From NCBI GenBank assembly GCA_013239625.1, contig MU054001.1:2362151-2426150 (forward strand): a stretch of DNA of 64,000 nt, given 5' to 3'. The notes beneath the pieces are model-generated. The model made no database searches and was not told the DNA's origin. It saw only the letters and a program-made list of their open reading frames with translations. The position numbers and the translations under genes were made by a program. Positions 10,871 through 22,790 of the stretch are shown in pieces; the first letter of the stretch is position 1; every line of letters begins with the position of its first letter. The DNA is from Lama guanicoe. Taxonomy: Eukaryota.

Positions 10871-12214
10871 GGCGAGGACCCATCCTTGTCTTGAGAGTTG
10901 GTTGGTGTGGTGTTTGTTAATCCAACTTCCCAGTTAGGGAGGTAGTATTTTAGGGTGTAATGTGTGAAACTCAGAAAATTTGGAAATCCCACTGCACCAT
11001 TAACAACGGCAGTATAAAAAAGAAGTGTGTGTGTGTGTGATGTATCTTTTCTGTCTTAATTATTTGGAAAGAAGCATTCTTAAATGGTTGTCATTAAGTG
11101 GGAATAATGCAACATTTGCAGCACCATATTTTACAAGCGCATCAACCATTTATGAATTGAAACATTTCATGTGTTTTTCCTTATTGTGACATGTTAATGG
11201 TGTCGTAGTATCTTGGAGAATCTGTTTTGAGTTGGTTAATAAGGCAGGACAGGATTTTTGCAAAGTATGCTTATAAATTCAATGTATTTTTAAGGTGGAT
11301 TCAGCACTCCTTTAAAAAAAAAAAACCTGGTTTAAAATACAAGGAGTAGAGGCTTTTATTCAAGGTTTCTGCATGAGCTTCTGACAGGTTTTATCTTCTG
11401 CCTTTGTAGTAGATCATTTTATTTTCTTTGTTTCGTGGGTTTGTATCCTAATCCCTTCCTCAGGGAGGCGATGTTCTTTTAAATATGTTCCAGGCTTGTG
11501 TAAAACACATCAGCCGTTGGAAAAGGGCCCTTCTTACATGACTAACATTCTGTCTTTAATCATAATTTAATTTTACTTTGTTTATAAAAGAATAATTTTA
11601 ATGTCTTGATCATCTGTAAGTTAAACAAATTGGCCAATATCAAGAAGGGTTTGGATTTCACTTTAGATACATATTTGAATGATAAAGATTCATTCTTCTG
11701 GAGGAGATAGATTTGCAAGTGGGCCCTTCTAGCCCAAGTCTTGCAAGTTGAACGTGGCCTTTTCTACATTGACTAAATTGTTTATATAGAAGAATTGTGT
11801 TAAATACTGTAATGGAAGTGAGTTTTTAAAATATTTTAACTTGATGTAGTGTAGCTGTACTATGTTGTGAGATTTTCCAGCAATTTCTGCAGCTAATTTG
11901 TAATGGGCAAAGGATTTGATGTACTGTAGAATAACAAACGTTTTCCACTTTCTTTTAAAAAAGGAAGTAGAAGTCCCAAATGCTGATCTGACTAGAAAAC
12001 CTTTATGAAATCTGTGTATTTGGTTGGAAGTTGGGTTGGTTTTTCTTGAACAAAGGATGCGTTAAATCTAGAAATGTTGAGCACTCCCAAAACATACTAG
12101 TAGATTTGTTTTGCTGCTCCTTTATTCCTGCATTACCACTGATAAACTCTCCTCCTGTTAGCTTACTCAAACAATTGTAACAACCATGATTAATGAAAAA
12201 GTGATCAAAACTGT

Positions 12215-12700
12215 TGTATTAGTAAAAATTCTTTTGATTGCGAGTCAGAAAAAGTCCTCAAACTGAATTAAATAGAAAAGGAATTGTAAGGCTTGTTTCA
12301 GGCATAGCTGGATCCAGGTGTTATGGGGGGGTGCTGTGAAGACTCTCTTGTATTAGCACTGTTTTCATCTGTTTGGCTTCTCAGTTAGGCTATATACTCG
12401 GATGGTGGGATGATGGACAGCAGCTCTAAGTCACACCCGCACAGCTGAGCCTCCGCAGGAGGGAGAGATTCTCTTCCCCACTTGTTTCAGTAGCTGCGCT
12501 GGATGGAGCCTCACTGGACAGACTTGGGTCCTGTGCCCAGGCCCAAAGTCCCATACCCACCTTAGGATCAGGGGCACGTACCATTGGCCCCATGGAAACC
12601 ACATGGGCTAAGAGTCAGGGGTAACGGCTCCTCAGAGGGAGAGTGAAATGCTGATGTCACAGTGAAGGAAAGTGGGTGTGGTGTCGGGAGAAAAAGTCCA
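12215..12700 (-). mobile_element. ERVL-MaLR solo LTR (MLT1J/K-like)
   Basis: tgtattagt…gattgcgagtcagaaaa…ttcaggcatagctggatccaggtg…gacttgggtcctgtgccca. Confidence 0.7.
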
Positions 12701-12957
12701 CTTAAACTGCTAAATGAAGTGAAGCTTGACGATGTTGAAGATCTCTGAGGATTTGAGTTGTCCATGTTTCTTATTCTTTGTGGAAACCAGAAATAGTTTG
12801 TGCTTATTTAACTTTTATGCAGATGGCATCATTATTATTTATGAAGCACTATTTGGAATGTACGTCTTGTGAGGGGCTGAGAGGAGATTTGGTCTGCCTT
12901 CAAGAAACATCTAGTTTGGTAGGAGGGCAGGTGTGTATACACAAGGGGTCATGAAAT

Positions 12958-12992
12958 ATGTGTGTGTGCGTGTGTGCGTGTGTGTGTGTGTG
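12958..12992. repeat. Interrupted (TG)n microsatellite
   Basis: Direct reading. Confidence 0.9.
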
Positions 12993-13384
12993 AGTATGTG
13001 TACACAGGGAGATGTTCTAGGCTGAAGCTAATGACTGATTTGGTGGAAGTTCTTCAGGAGCAGAATGAATGAGAGGCAAGGTTCCTCGGGCTCATGTGAT
13101 CAGGTGAAAGGGCTCACGGAGGCTGTCAATTGGTGTTGGAATGAAGGCTGTGGATAAAGGGGAGTTAGCCTTGAAATGCAAGCTTGGTAACCCTTTCTCT
13201 GAGATATTAATGAAGAAAAAGAAGATGGCTAAAGATAAATATTTCAATGGAAAAGTTATTGGGGGAAGAAGGGGAGAGAGAGATTGATTGAAAGAGTAAC
13301 AGAGAAAGAAAGACAGAGGGAGGGAAGGAGGCTGGGGTGGAGGGAGGGAGAGAGCAATAAGAATGAGAATGAGGATATTTATAT

Positions 13385-13666
13385 TTTTTCTTATTTTTTA
13401 TTGAAGTGTAGTTGATTTACAATGTTAGTTTCATATGTACAGCAAAGCGATTCAGTTATACATATATGCATTTTTTCAGATATTTTTCTGTTACAGCTTA
13501 TTACAAGAAATTGAATATAGTTCTCACTCCTGGACATATATCCAGAGAAAACTCTAATTCAAAAAGACACATGCACCCCAGTGTTCACAGCAGCACTATT
13601 TACAATAGCCAAGACATGGAAACAGCCTAAATGTCCATTGACAGACAACTGGATAAAGAAGATGTG

Positions 13667-13705
<39 letters not shown>

Positions 13706-13768
13706 AATACTACTCAGCCATAAAAAGGAATGAATAATGCCATTTGCAGCAACATAGATGGACTTAGA
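13385..13768 (-). mobile_element. 5'-truncated, 5'-inverted L1
   Basis: A T-rich tail and L1 3' UTR read on the minus strand (13385-13523). They are fused to L1 ORF2 C-terminal sequence on the plus strand (13524-13768; cagcagcactatttacaatagccaagacatggaa…gcagcaacatagatggacttaga), which contains a (CA)n tract. Confidence 0.88.
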
Positions 13769-13849
13769 CAATGAGACTATGAATAGGTTTGGGGGCTGAT
13801 TGGCAAGCCCAAGATATATCCTCACCTCCTTCTGCCTCATTCCTTACCC

Positions 13850-14277
13850 CTGCTTCCCTCTGCCCCTGCTTTGTGTGTCTCACCACACCAACCTTCATCC
13901 CATCCTCCTGCATTTACTCTTCCCTCTGGAACCCTTTCTCCAAAGATCTTTTCAGCCTTCTGTTCACAGCCCAGATGTTACCTTCGAGTATGTCCTGACC
14001 ATTGGAAAAATATCTAAATATCTAAAATAGCCTTTCCCCCATTCCTCCAGTCACCATCTTCCACCCTCATTATTTTATCCATAGCACGTATCCCTACTTG
14101 ACTTCGTGTTTACTCATTTAATCATATATTCCTTATGTATCTCTTGCCACTAGAATGCAAACTCCATAAGGGCAAAGACCATGTCTGCTTTGATGATCCT
14201 CGTATGCCTAGCATCTGGAACAATGCTTTGCACTTCCTAGAAAATGTAGTAAAGAGTTCACTGGGGTTGAATAAAAA
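13850..14277 (+). mobile_element. LINE L2a 3' region
   Basis: ccactagaatgcaaactccataagggcaaagacc…gcctagcatctggaacaatgc…gttgaataaa. Confidence 0.75.
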
Positions 14278-14675
14278 TACTACTGAGTAGAAGATCTGGT
14301 TGCATTTTAATCTTTGAATAAACATGTTGACCTACTGTGTGCCAGACTCTTCTAGGCAATGGAAATGCAGTGGTGAAGAGATGGTTGTCTTGTGTCCAAG
14401 GACTGGCCTCCCATTGTAATGATCGCTAGGAGAAGTTTTTAAGCTTACATTTTATTTTAAATTTCCTCTGTTGGTATTGTTGGAGGCAGGAATGGGGTCA
14501 TGGGTGGTGAGCATAAGTTGGTGGTGGATCTTGCCTAAGCAGGAATGAGAGAAGAACAGGGGCTAAGGGAAACAAGTGAAGGAGATATTGAAATGTCTGC
14601 TCTTAGTCCAACTATTTAGGCTGGTGAAGAAATGGTCAAGGAAGGGGAGACTTCTGTGTAAGCAAAGAAGAGCCT

Positions 14676-15110
14676 GTTAGTTAGGGTTCACCTGCAAGGA
14701 ACAGAAAAAAAAAACCTTAAGTAGCAGTGCCTTAAATGAGACAGACTTTCTCTTTACCCTAACAAAGACTAGTGGTTAGTGGCATAGAGCTGGTATGGGG
14801 GCTTCACAGACATCTGGGAGCCAAGCTGCCTGCAACTTTCATGTGACCCTTGTCCATATGGTTCAAGGTAGAGTGCCAGTCATCATCATGGTCCAACCAG
14901 CAGGAAGAAGGAGAAGTGGTCGAGGGTCCAGGGAGGACCAGAGGCTGCCACATGATACTTGCTTATTTCTCACTGGCCAGAACTTAGACACATGGCCACA
15001 CCTATGACTGCAAAGTACCCAGGTACCCACACCTATGACTGCAAAGTTGTGGCTGGCCATGTGCCCAGGGAGACCCTCAACTGCTGTGGAAGAAGCGGGG
15101 AGTGTCTGTG
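14676..15110 (-). mobile_element. ERVL-MaLR solo LTR (MLT1I-like)
   Basis: tgttagttagggtt…cagcaggaagaagg…cactggccagaacttagacacatggccacaccta. Confidence 0.7.
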
Positions 15111-16635
15111 AGTGAGTGATGGGTGAAGTCCAAGGAACCTTTCTCGGGTATCTTCAAGTTTGAGATTTTGTGTACAAACTGTAACGTATTTTGCTAAACT
15201 TCATTCAATATTTTAATTTTTATTTGCTCCTTGGAGGGTCTTCTTTTGGTGAAAAGAGATACGCTGTGCTGCCTTTTCAGTCCTTTCTTCAGTCTGGGGG
15301 TTTTATTTTGGGCGTGCTTAAAATACCCAATGATTTATATTCTTTGCATGCACTTCCAGTCCAATGTCCTAATGTTAATTGACTACCTATATTTTAGGCC
15401 CAAATTTGTCTTCTTTTCAAATTACCTCTTGAATTTTTAGACTGCCATTGCTCAAGTCCTAACTGTTCATGACAAAGTTTTACGCCCGAGTCAATCTTCA
15501 GTTGAGGTTTTTAAAACTAGATTGTGTTTTAATTGCTGCATTTCCATTTTGATCAAGCTTACCTCTGGCTCATCACATCCACTGAATCTTCTTCCCCCAG
15601 AAACCTGCTGTTCTTTATGCCCTTTCTCCTCACTTACTCCTCCGGCCCCTTGACCATAAAGCCTCGACTACAAAGACATGGTGATTTCCTCTGTACCTCC
15701 AACCCCCTCAGCCACCTCTCCTCTAGCTGTGTACGCGGGGTCAGCCTTTACTCAGCCTCGTTTCTCAACTTTAGGATGACCGAAAACTGCGTTCGTTTTC
15801 CGTGCTAAAAATGAGAGCTGTCTGAATGTATCTGGGTCCTTGCTGTGTATCCTTTTGTTCATCTCTTTATTCTCTTGGACATTCTCCAAAGGGATAGTCC
15901 AAGTCTTCTCCACTGTTCAAATCACAGTCAAACCAGTTCTCCCCTCATTCTTAGAAGGGAACTCGGATCCTTCACTTAATGAGGAGCATTCCTATTACCT
16001 GGTAGGAATTGCTCATCTGTCATCCTTACTTGGGTAGGAACCACTTCTCTCTTTTTTCCTCAGTGTCTCCTCTTTGGGAGAAATCCTCCCAACAGTGTTG
16101 ATTCCTTTCCGATTGTTACATATTCTGGCTCTACAGACAACTCCCACCTTTCCTGTCTTACTCCTTTCTCCTTTCAAACATGCCCAGATGTCCTCTGACC
16201 TCCACTCCACATTTTCCAGTCTTCAAATCGAGTGCCCCCTCACTTGTCACAACTTTGGCTACCCCCTCATTCCGTCCACATTATAATATACGTCATAGTT
16301 CTGTTTAACTCCACTTTCCCGCCTTACATAAATTAATGTGAAATCAAGACTATCACAAATGGAAAATCCTATCACTTCCCATACAGAGAAGAAAATCCTA
16401 AAAATAAACAGCAGGGGAGTAAACAGTATTACGGGAAGCTCACTGGAGACCTTGCTTGACTTGGGCTGTGCTCTCTGTTGAAAAGGGGGATTTGCAAGTG
16501 TTAGGGAGGTGCTGAAGATGTATTAGCACCAAACTGAGACTCTGTCTTTGATTTATATCTAGATACTTGAAAGGGAATTGAAAACAAAATGACTTTCTCC
16601 AGATGTAATTAAACACTGATTCTTCTTCGTCTCTG

Positions 16636-16780
16636 TACTTCCCAAACTGGGATGTGCATACAGTCAGCTGGGGGTCTGGATAAAATGCAGCCCAGCAGGT
16701 CTGGGTGGGCCTGAGGGTTGACATTGCTAACCCATTCCCAGGTGATGCTGGGGTGCCGCTCGTTCCTGGCCACACTGGTA
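16636..16780 (-). mobile_element. MER5A-like element, internally deleted
   Basis: cttcccaaact…caggtctgggtgggcctgag…ttcccaggtgatgctg…ccacact. Confidence 0.65.
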
Positions 16781-17343
16781 GTTGTGAGTCCTAGAGAAAG
16801 GACGATCCACACTGACATTCTTACCTGACTCTGTGGACCCCCTTTTTAACATCTCTATGAGCAGTTGCTTCTCAGACAAGAAATCTTTACCTGGGGCTCC
16901 ATGTCTTGCCCACTCAGGCCCTCCTTAACACCCTGCAGTCGGCTTCTGTTCCTAGTTGCATTACTAACTCTGTCTTTCCACTCTTCTCTGGTGAGCTCTG
17001 CCTGATCAGACAGATTTCATTCATTCATGCAGGAATACGGAGGGCCTGCTTTACAGGATCCTATGCTGAGCCCTGGGGCTGTACTTCTCTGATGACTCCT
17101 TGGAATCTCCTACCCCTCTGTCTCCCGTGATCTCCCATGTCCCTGATTCCGAAATACTGCATGTTTGGATGCTTCTGATTTCTTCTGCTCTATTTTCTTA
17201 TCTGCTGCCTCCCCTCCTCTTCCCAGGTAGTGAGAATGTCCTCCTAAAGCTTGGCTTCTTGCTCTTTTGCCCTCATATTTTTTATTCCACTTTATATGGG
17301 GATCCTGATTTCTGCCTTTAGCAGTTCCCTCCCTGATGTTGTT

Positions 17344-17820
17344 TGTATCAGTTATCTATTGCTGTGTAACAAATTAGACCTTGTGGCTTAAAACAAAAAA
17401 CATGTTTTGTTTGTGATTTTGCAAGTCAGCAATTTAGGCTGGGCCCAGTGGGGTAGTTATTCTCATCTTGGCTGGGTTCTCTTGTGTGTTTCTAGTCATT
17501 GGCAGGCTGGCCAGGAGGCTTTGCTTCTGGAGATTGGCTGGCTGTCCGCTGGGGCCCCTCCTTTCCCCTGACTGTACATGTAGTCTCTCCCTCTAGAGTG
17601 CTTAGTTGTACACAAGAGCCAGCATTCTGAGTACAGAGAGCCCTTAAGCCCAGGCTCAGAGACTGCATTTCTTCTACCACATTCTTCTACCCAAAGCCAG
17701 ATTCAAGGGGAGGGGGAATTGATTCCACTTCTTGAAGGGAGCTTCTGTAAAATCACATTACAAAGGAGTGTGGATACAGGGAGGTATGAAGAATGGTGGC
17801 CTGTTCTGCAGTCTACCCCA
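17344..17820 (-). mobile_element. ERVL-MaLR solo LTR (MLT1H-like)
   Basis: TG…CA termini: tgtatcagttatctattgctgtgtaacaaa…gccagattcaagggg…gcagtctacccca. Confidence 0.8.
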
Positions 17821-19161
17821 CGGGCTCAGGTCTTCTTCTCTAGCTTGATGATCTACCTTTCTCAGCCCCTGTATGACATCTCTCTACAGGATATCACCAT
17901 TTCCCTGCCTGCCATCAGTTCAAATCCAACATAAGCCATATGGCATCCCTCTGCTCTCAAAGCTCCCCTTCAAGTTTTCACAATTTCTCACAATGCCTCT
18001 GTCATTTTCAGAGGCAAAATATTGATTTTGATTACTTGGCCCCTTTCATTCCTTTAATGCCATAACTCTTTGTGTCGTCTTTATTTCTTTCTTCTCACCA
18101 TCTCTTTTACTTCTGTCTTCTTTCTTCCCACTGCCAGTGTCTTAATATTCCAGCCGAGGCCACTGCCGTAAGGACAGGTTCCTCAACGACTCTCTGTGCT
18201 CTAGATTCCTCCCACCTCCAATCAAATCTATGATCAACTTTCGTTTAATCCTTAAAGGGATATTGGTCTAAGCATCATTCTCCTTCTAAAACCACTTCCC
18301 ATGGCTCACCTTTGTTCATATCAGTGCTTTCCCAGACCTGCCACGAAATTTCAGCCATATCTACACACCACTGGTATCATTATTTATTTATTTACTCTTT
18401 TCTGTATTGATTCACTTTTTAATTTATGTCACTATTGCATAACCACAATTAAGCAAACCCCAAATTCCTCAGAAGAGGACTGGTGAGTTTTATTAAACCG
18501 AGTCCTGCTCAGGGTCATCGCAGTGATCACGGAGCCACACCACAAAGCAGGATTGCCTATCTTAATATTTTCGTGCATTGCTTAGTCATCGTATTAGTTG
18601 TTTTGAAAACATTAATTTGAAATAGCTATTTTCCTTGCCCCTTAAAGTCCAGTTTTTCATAATAAGTAACTTCCTTGGTGGCATAATAGCCTTGCTCTGT
18701 CTGTATTAATAATTTTTCAAAGGTGGTCTCCAGTTCTGGCTTTGTTTTAACAGGTTTCTGATTGCCAATGGGCTAAAATGATGTACTGCATTATTGCCTT
18801 TTTTATGGCCTTGTCTCCATCCTAGATTCTGCAGAAATACTGTAGTTATGCTGTATACCACTTTGATCATCAGAACATCTCTACATAGTTAACACTTTGG
18901 AAACACTGGCTCTCTGAAGGTGCAAGATGGCAGGTCGTAATTGGCACCCCCCCACCACCCCCATGTATCTTGAGCCTCTATGTTTATTAGGATGAAACTT
19001 GTGAAAGTTTAGGACAGAAACCAGGTGAAGGAAAACCAAATCAAGTTGAAGGAATTCTAATAGACCAGTGAAAGAGTAAGAGTAATGACAACAGAAGACA
19101 AGAAGTGTGACAAATGGATGAGAGTGATCTAGAAGATTCTTATATAAGAAAGAGAGACAAA

Positions 19162-19310
19162 GGGGGAGGGTATAGCTCAAGAGCACATGCTAAACATACA
19201 CATGGTCCTAGGTTCAATCCCCATTGCCTCCTCCAAAAAATATAGTAAACCTAATTACCTACCCCCTAAAAATTAATAAATAAATTAATAAAAAAATTAA
19301 AAATTAAAAA
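19162..19310 (+). mobile_element. Vic-1-like camelid tRNA-derived SINE
   Basis: ggggagggtatagctcaa (A box)…gtcctaggttcaatcccc (B box)…taaacctaattacct, then an A-rich tail. Confidence 0.85.
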
Positions 19311-21680
19311 AGTGGGATAAAAACCAGTGTCCAGTCAGGAGAAAGGGGTGTGTTTTTTTGTTTTTGTTTTTTTTTAAAGAGGCCAGTTCAACCCTAAGTT
19401 AACGGATATCTTTTGGACAACAGACTATATCTCATTGCTTGACTAAAATTTCCCAGTGTAACATCACCCATATATGAGAATTCATCTTCCAAGGAAATTT
19501 TTTCCTGATACTAAGTTTGGCCATCCTACTTGATAGTTGATGCAGAATTCTTGTCTTTTGATTTCTTATTAGAAGTGTTGATCTTGAAGGCTGCTGCTCA
19601 ATCCTTATTAAAAACTCCACTGTAAGGGATAATGTATTTCTGTGGAAGGGCCTGACAAAGATGCAGGGCATCCGCTCATCAGGATTACCTAATTTAAGGT
19701 GAGCCTTCTGCCAGCCTGAGAGCTGAATGCCCAGGACGACACCCTGTTGTGCCCCCGACTCCACAGCTGCCTTTACTGGGTCTCTCTCATTTATTGAATC
19801 GCACACTTCTAGGGCTTCACTTTGCGTGGAGGAGAATCGTGAATAATGGTTTTGTGAACATCCTTTCTGGGTGTTCTGTTTAGAATATAGCCCATTACAT
19901 ATCACAGTGTTCTTTTTTTTAAATGATGATTTACCAGAGAATCTTTTCAGATTACTGTGTGAGGAAGAGCTGGAAAAAATCACTTAGTTTTATCTAATGG
20001 ATATTATTAATCTTGTTATTCTCATTTCTTTCTTTGCATTGACTGCCAGGGAGCTTGGAGGCCAACATGAAACTTATTTAGAAACTATCCAAGAAAATAG
20101 GATGTGTATTCCTGACTGCTGGTCATCTTGGCGTTATTATTTTCTTAATTTTTTTTTGTCTTGGTTCTTATAAATGTTACCCCTCTCTTTAGAATCAGTT
20201 GTACTTTTGAAAGTCACCCAATTCTTTTGTGGAGAAAAGCAGGTTATGAATAAATACTTCAAATGATTATAAGTGGAATGAGCATGTTTGTATAGTGTCA
20301 AGGATACTTTGCAAATCTTTCTAAATTTCCACTTAAAGAGTTAAAGTCTAATTGTTGTGTCAATATTGTAAGATTAAAAACCAAACACATCCCTTCCCCT
20401 TTTGGTGTCTTTATAAGGATGGGTATAATTCTCAGTTGTTGGCACTTGCTAGGTCATCTGTGTCCTTTAGGATATTTCCCCCAGAATTAGGGAATCTATT
20501 GAAATGATGAAAACGGGGAAATTTGGGTAGTCCCTGAGCCTTCAAATCAATGTTTGAGCTCTCTTATCATTCAAAAAGTACTCATTCATGAATGTTCCTG
20601 GATGTTCACATCTGTCTTAATTGAGTAGAGGTGGTTTTAATTTTACCTGAAGACTGTGCTGAGATTACCCTGGCCTTGGGGGTTCATTGGACCAGTTGTC
20701 AAGTGTTGACTGGTTCACACATGCATCCCAGGGTCCCTAGTGGTTGGAAAGAGTTTCTGCACACATCCAGGGCATTTGATCTTTGAGAAAGCTCTGCTCT
20801 CTTGGCTTGGGAAGCCTGCCTGGTGCCACGTGAGCCCTGCCCAAATTAAGAGAAGCAGTTAACCTCTTGTAAAACCAGCCACCCTCTTAGATTGCTTTAA
20901 AGTGACTCACAGCAATGCAAATGTACTTTACCATTGTCTTGGGGCCCTGTTTTGTTTAATCAGCTTCTTGAAAAGTGGAAAACTTTATTTTGGTAACTTT
21001 GGAAAGCAGCCTGAGTCACTCCTCCTTCGGTTGTTTATCTAAGGTTGGCCCAAGAGGTCTAATGGATTCTAATGACTCCAAATATCGAGCAGTTGGCAGG
21101 CTGGCAGTGTGTGAGGGCAGAGACCCGATATGAACCACTTCCCAACACTTTTTGGCTCTGTGACCTCCAGCATTTTTCTGAGCCTCGCATTGCCCTCATC
21201 TCTGAAATGGGGACCCTGCTCTGCTGGGGGCTAGCCAGACATCGGTGAATGAAACAGAGAAAGTCCTGCCCCGCAGAACTTATGTTTTAGAGGCTGATAA
21301 ACCGACCTGCTACACGGGATTATTGTGTGTAATAAAGAAGCTTACTTTGTAGAGAACAATAATAGTATTTATAACATAGGGTTGCTGTAAATATCGACTG
21401 TAACTTTTTATATACTAAGCCCTTCATTAATGTTGATTAATGTTATGTTATTCATGTTTATTAATGTTAGCTATTATCATCATTATTATTCTAGGATATT
21501 ATTTTTAATCCTGCCATTAGGTGAATGTCTTTACATACGGATAGCTGTGCTGAGCTTAGACCATAGGAGGAGATTCTTGCCTCAGAATATCCCAATATTT
21601 TACCAGAACCCTTTGGAGGACTTTACACCTTAAACATTGATAGGTGGACCCTCTGCTCTTTGCTTAATGTATAACTAGAT

Positions 21681-21889
21681 CAGGGTTTCTCAACCTCAGC
21701 GCTATTGATGTTTTGGGCCTGGTCGTTCTTGGTTGGGGCTTTTTGTGCATTATAAGGTGTTCAGCAGCAAGCCTGGCCTCTCCCCACTAATGCTTGTGGC
21801 ACCTCCAGTATAACAATCCCCCCAAAATGCCTCTAGATATTGCTGAATATTCTTTGGGAGGCAAACTCACCCCTGGTTGGGCACCAATG
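21681..21889 (+). mobile_element. hAT-Charlie MER20
   Basis: cagggtttctcaacctcagcgctattga…ggcctctccccacta…ggcaaactcacccctggttgggcaccaatg. Confidence 0.88.
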
Positions 21890-22594
21890 AGCTAGGGGAG
21901 CGTTTTGGAAAACTTTCTGCTTTCATCATTTAGAAAGTGCTAACTGGGATGAGCTACTCCTTTGTTGCAAAGGGCACTTATCTAAATATAGGGCAGTTAT
22001 TTCTCTCGGGCCTGATGGAGCTAAAAGGAGCCTCCCTCACTGTGTGTTCCTCGGAATAGCTAAGAAGGCCAGTGTCCGTTTTGAGGAGTCACCAGGGAAG
22101 AAGGCTCCTGGACCAGGTAAAAGAATCCACACCTGCCTTGGCACCTGGCAACTGTTTTCTTTCTTTTTCTTTTCTCTCTCTTTCTGTGTGGGCATCTCTC
22201 TGGGTTAATAAATAGTAACTTTTGAATTTACAAAGCTGTGTGATACAGTAGATTGGGAAGAGAAGGACTGTTCATTAGAGGGAACAGTTGTCTAAGAACT
22301 GGGGACTTTGGCTCAATTAAGGCCCACTTGTGTCTCTGGATACTTGAACTAAGTCAGGCGCAAAACTGTCTGGGGTGAATTGTGAAAACACCGCCAGTGA
22401 CTGGCTCTGTGCAATGACTGTATTCAGTGACAGAATCTAGATGTCAAGGATTTTTTATTTCTCATCCCATTTCTTCTAATTTTGGGGGCACGTTCAAGTT
22501 GATTATTTCCTATGTTTGGTCATTCTCTATATATCTGCTAGTTATTATTATTTTTTCAGTCTCGAGTCACGTGAATCCCAAGCTCAGAAGTCTT

Positions 22595-22790
22595 CTTCAT
22601 TCATCCCGCAAATATTTATGCAGTGACTACCTTATGGTGTGCCTAGACACTTAAGAAATAGTTTTGGCCCTCTAAACCGTGACCTCCCGAGAGCAGTGAC
22701 CGTCTCTGCCTTGTCTGATGCTCTGTCCTCAGTATCCAGCCCTGTGTCCTGTGAGCAGGAAGGTCTCAGTACATAACTCAGTTGTACGAT
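22595..22790. mobile_element. Two short L2 3'-end fragments in opposite orientations
   Basis: ttcattcatcccgcaaatatttatg… (minus), then aaccgtgacctcccgagagcagtgaccg…caggaaggtctcagta (plus). Confidence 0.5.

Noticed and set aside
19162..19230. Possible tRNA genes (also 34735-34809)
   Set aside because: They have A/B boxes but no proper cloverleaf acceptor stem, and they carry A-rich tails. These are SINE heads.
19432..19983. 183-aa minus-strand ORF
   Set aside because: No recognisable domain, a non-ATG start and no exon signals. Compatible with chance in 64 kb.
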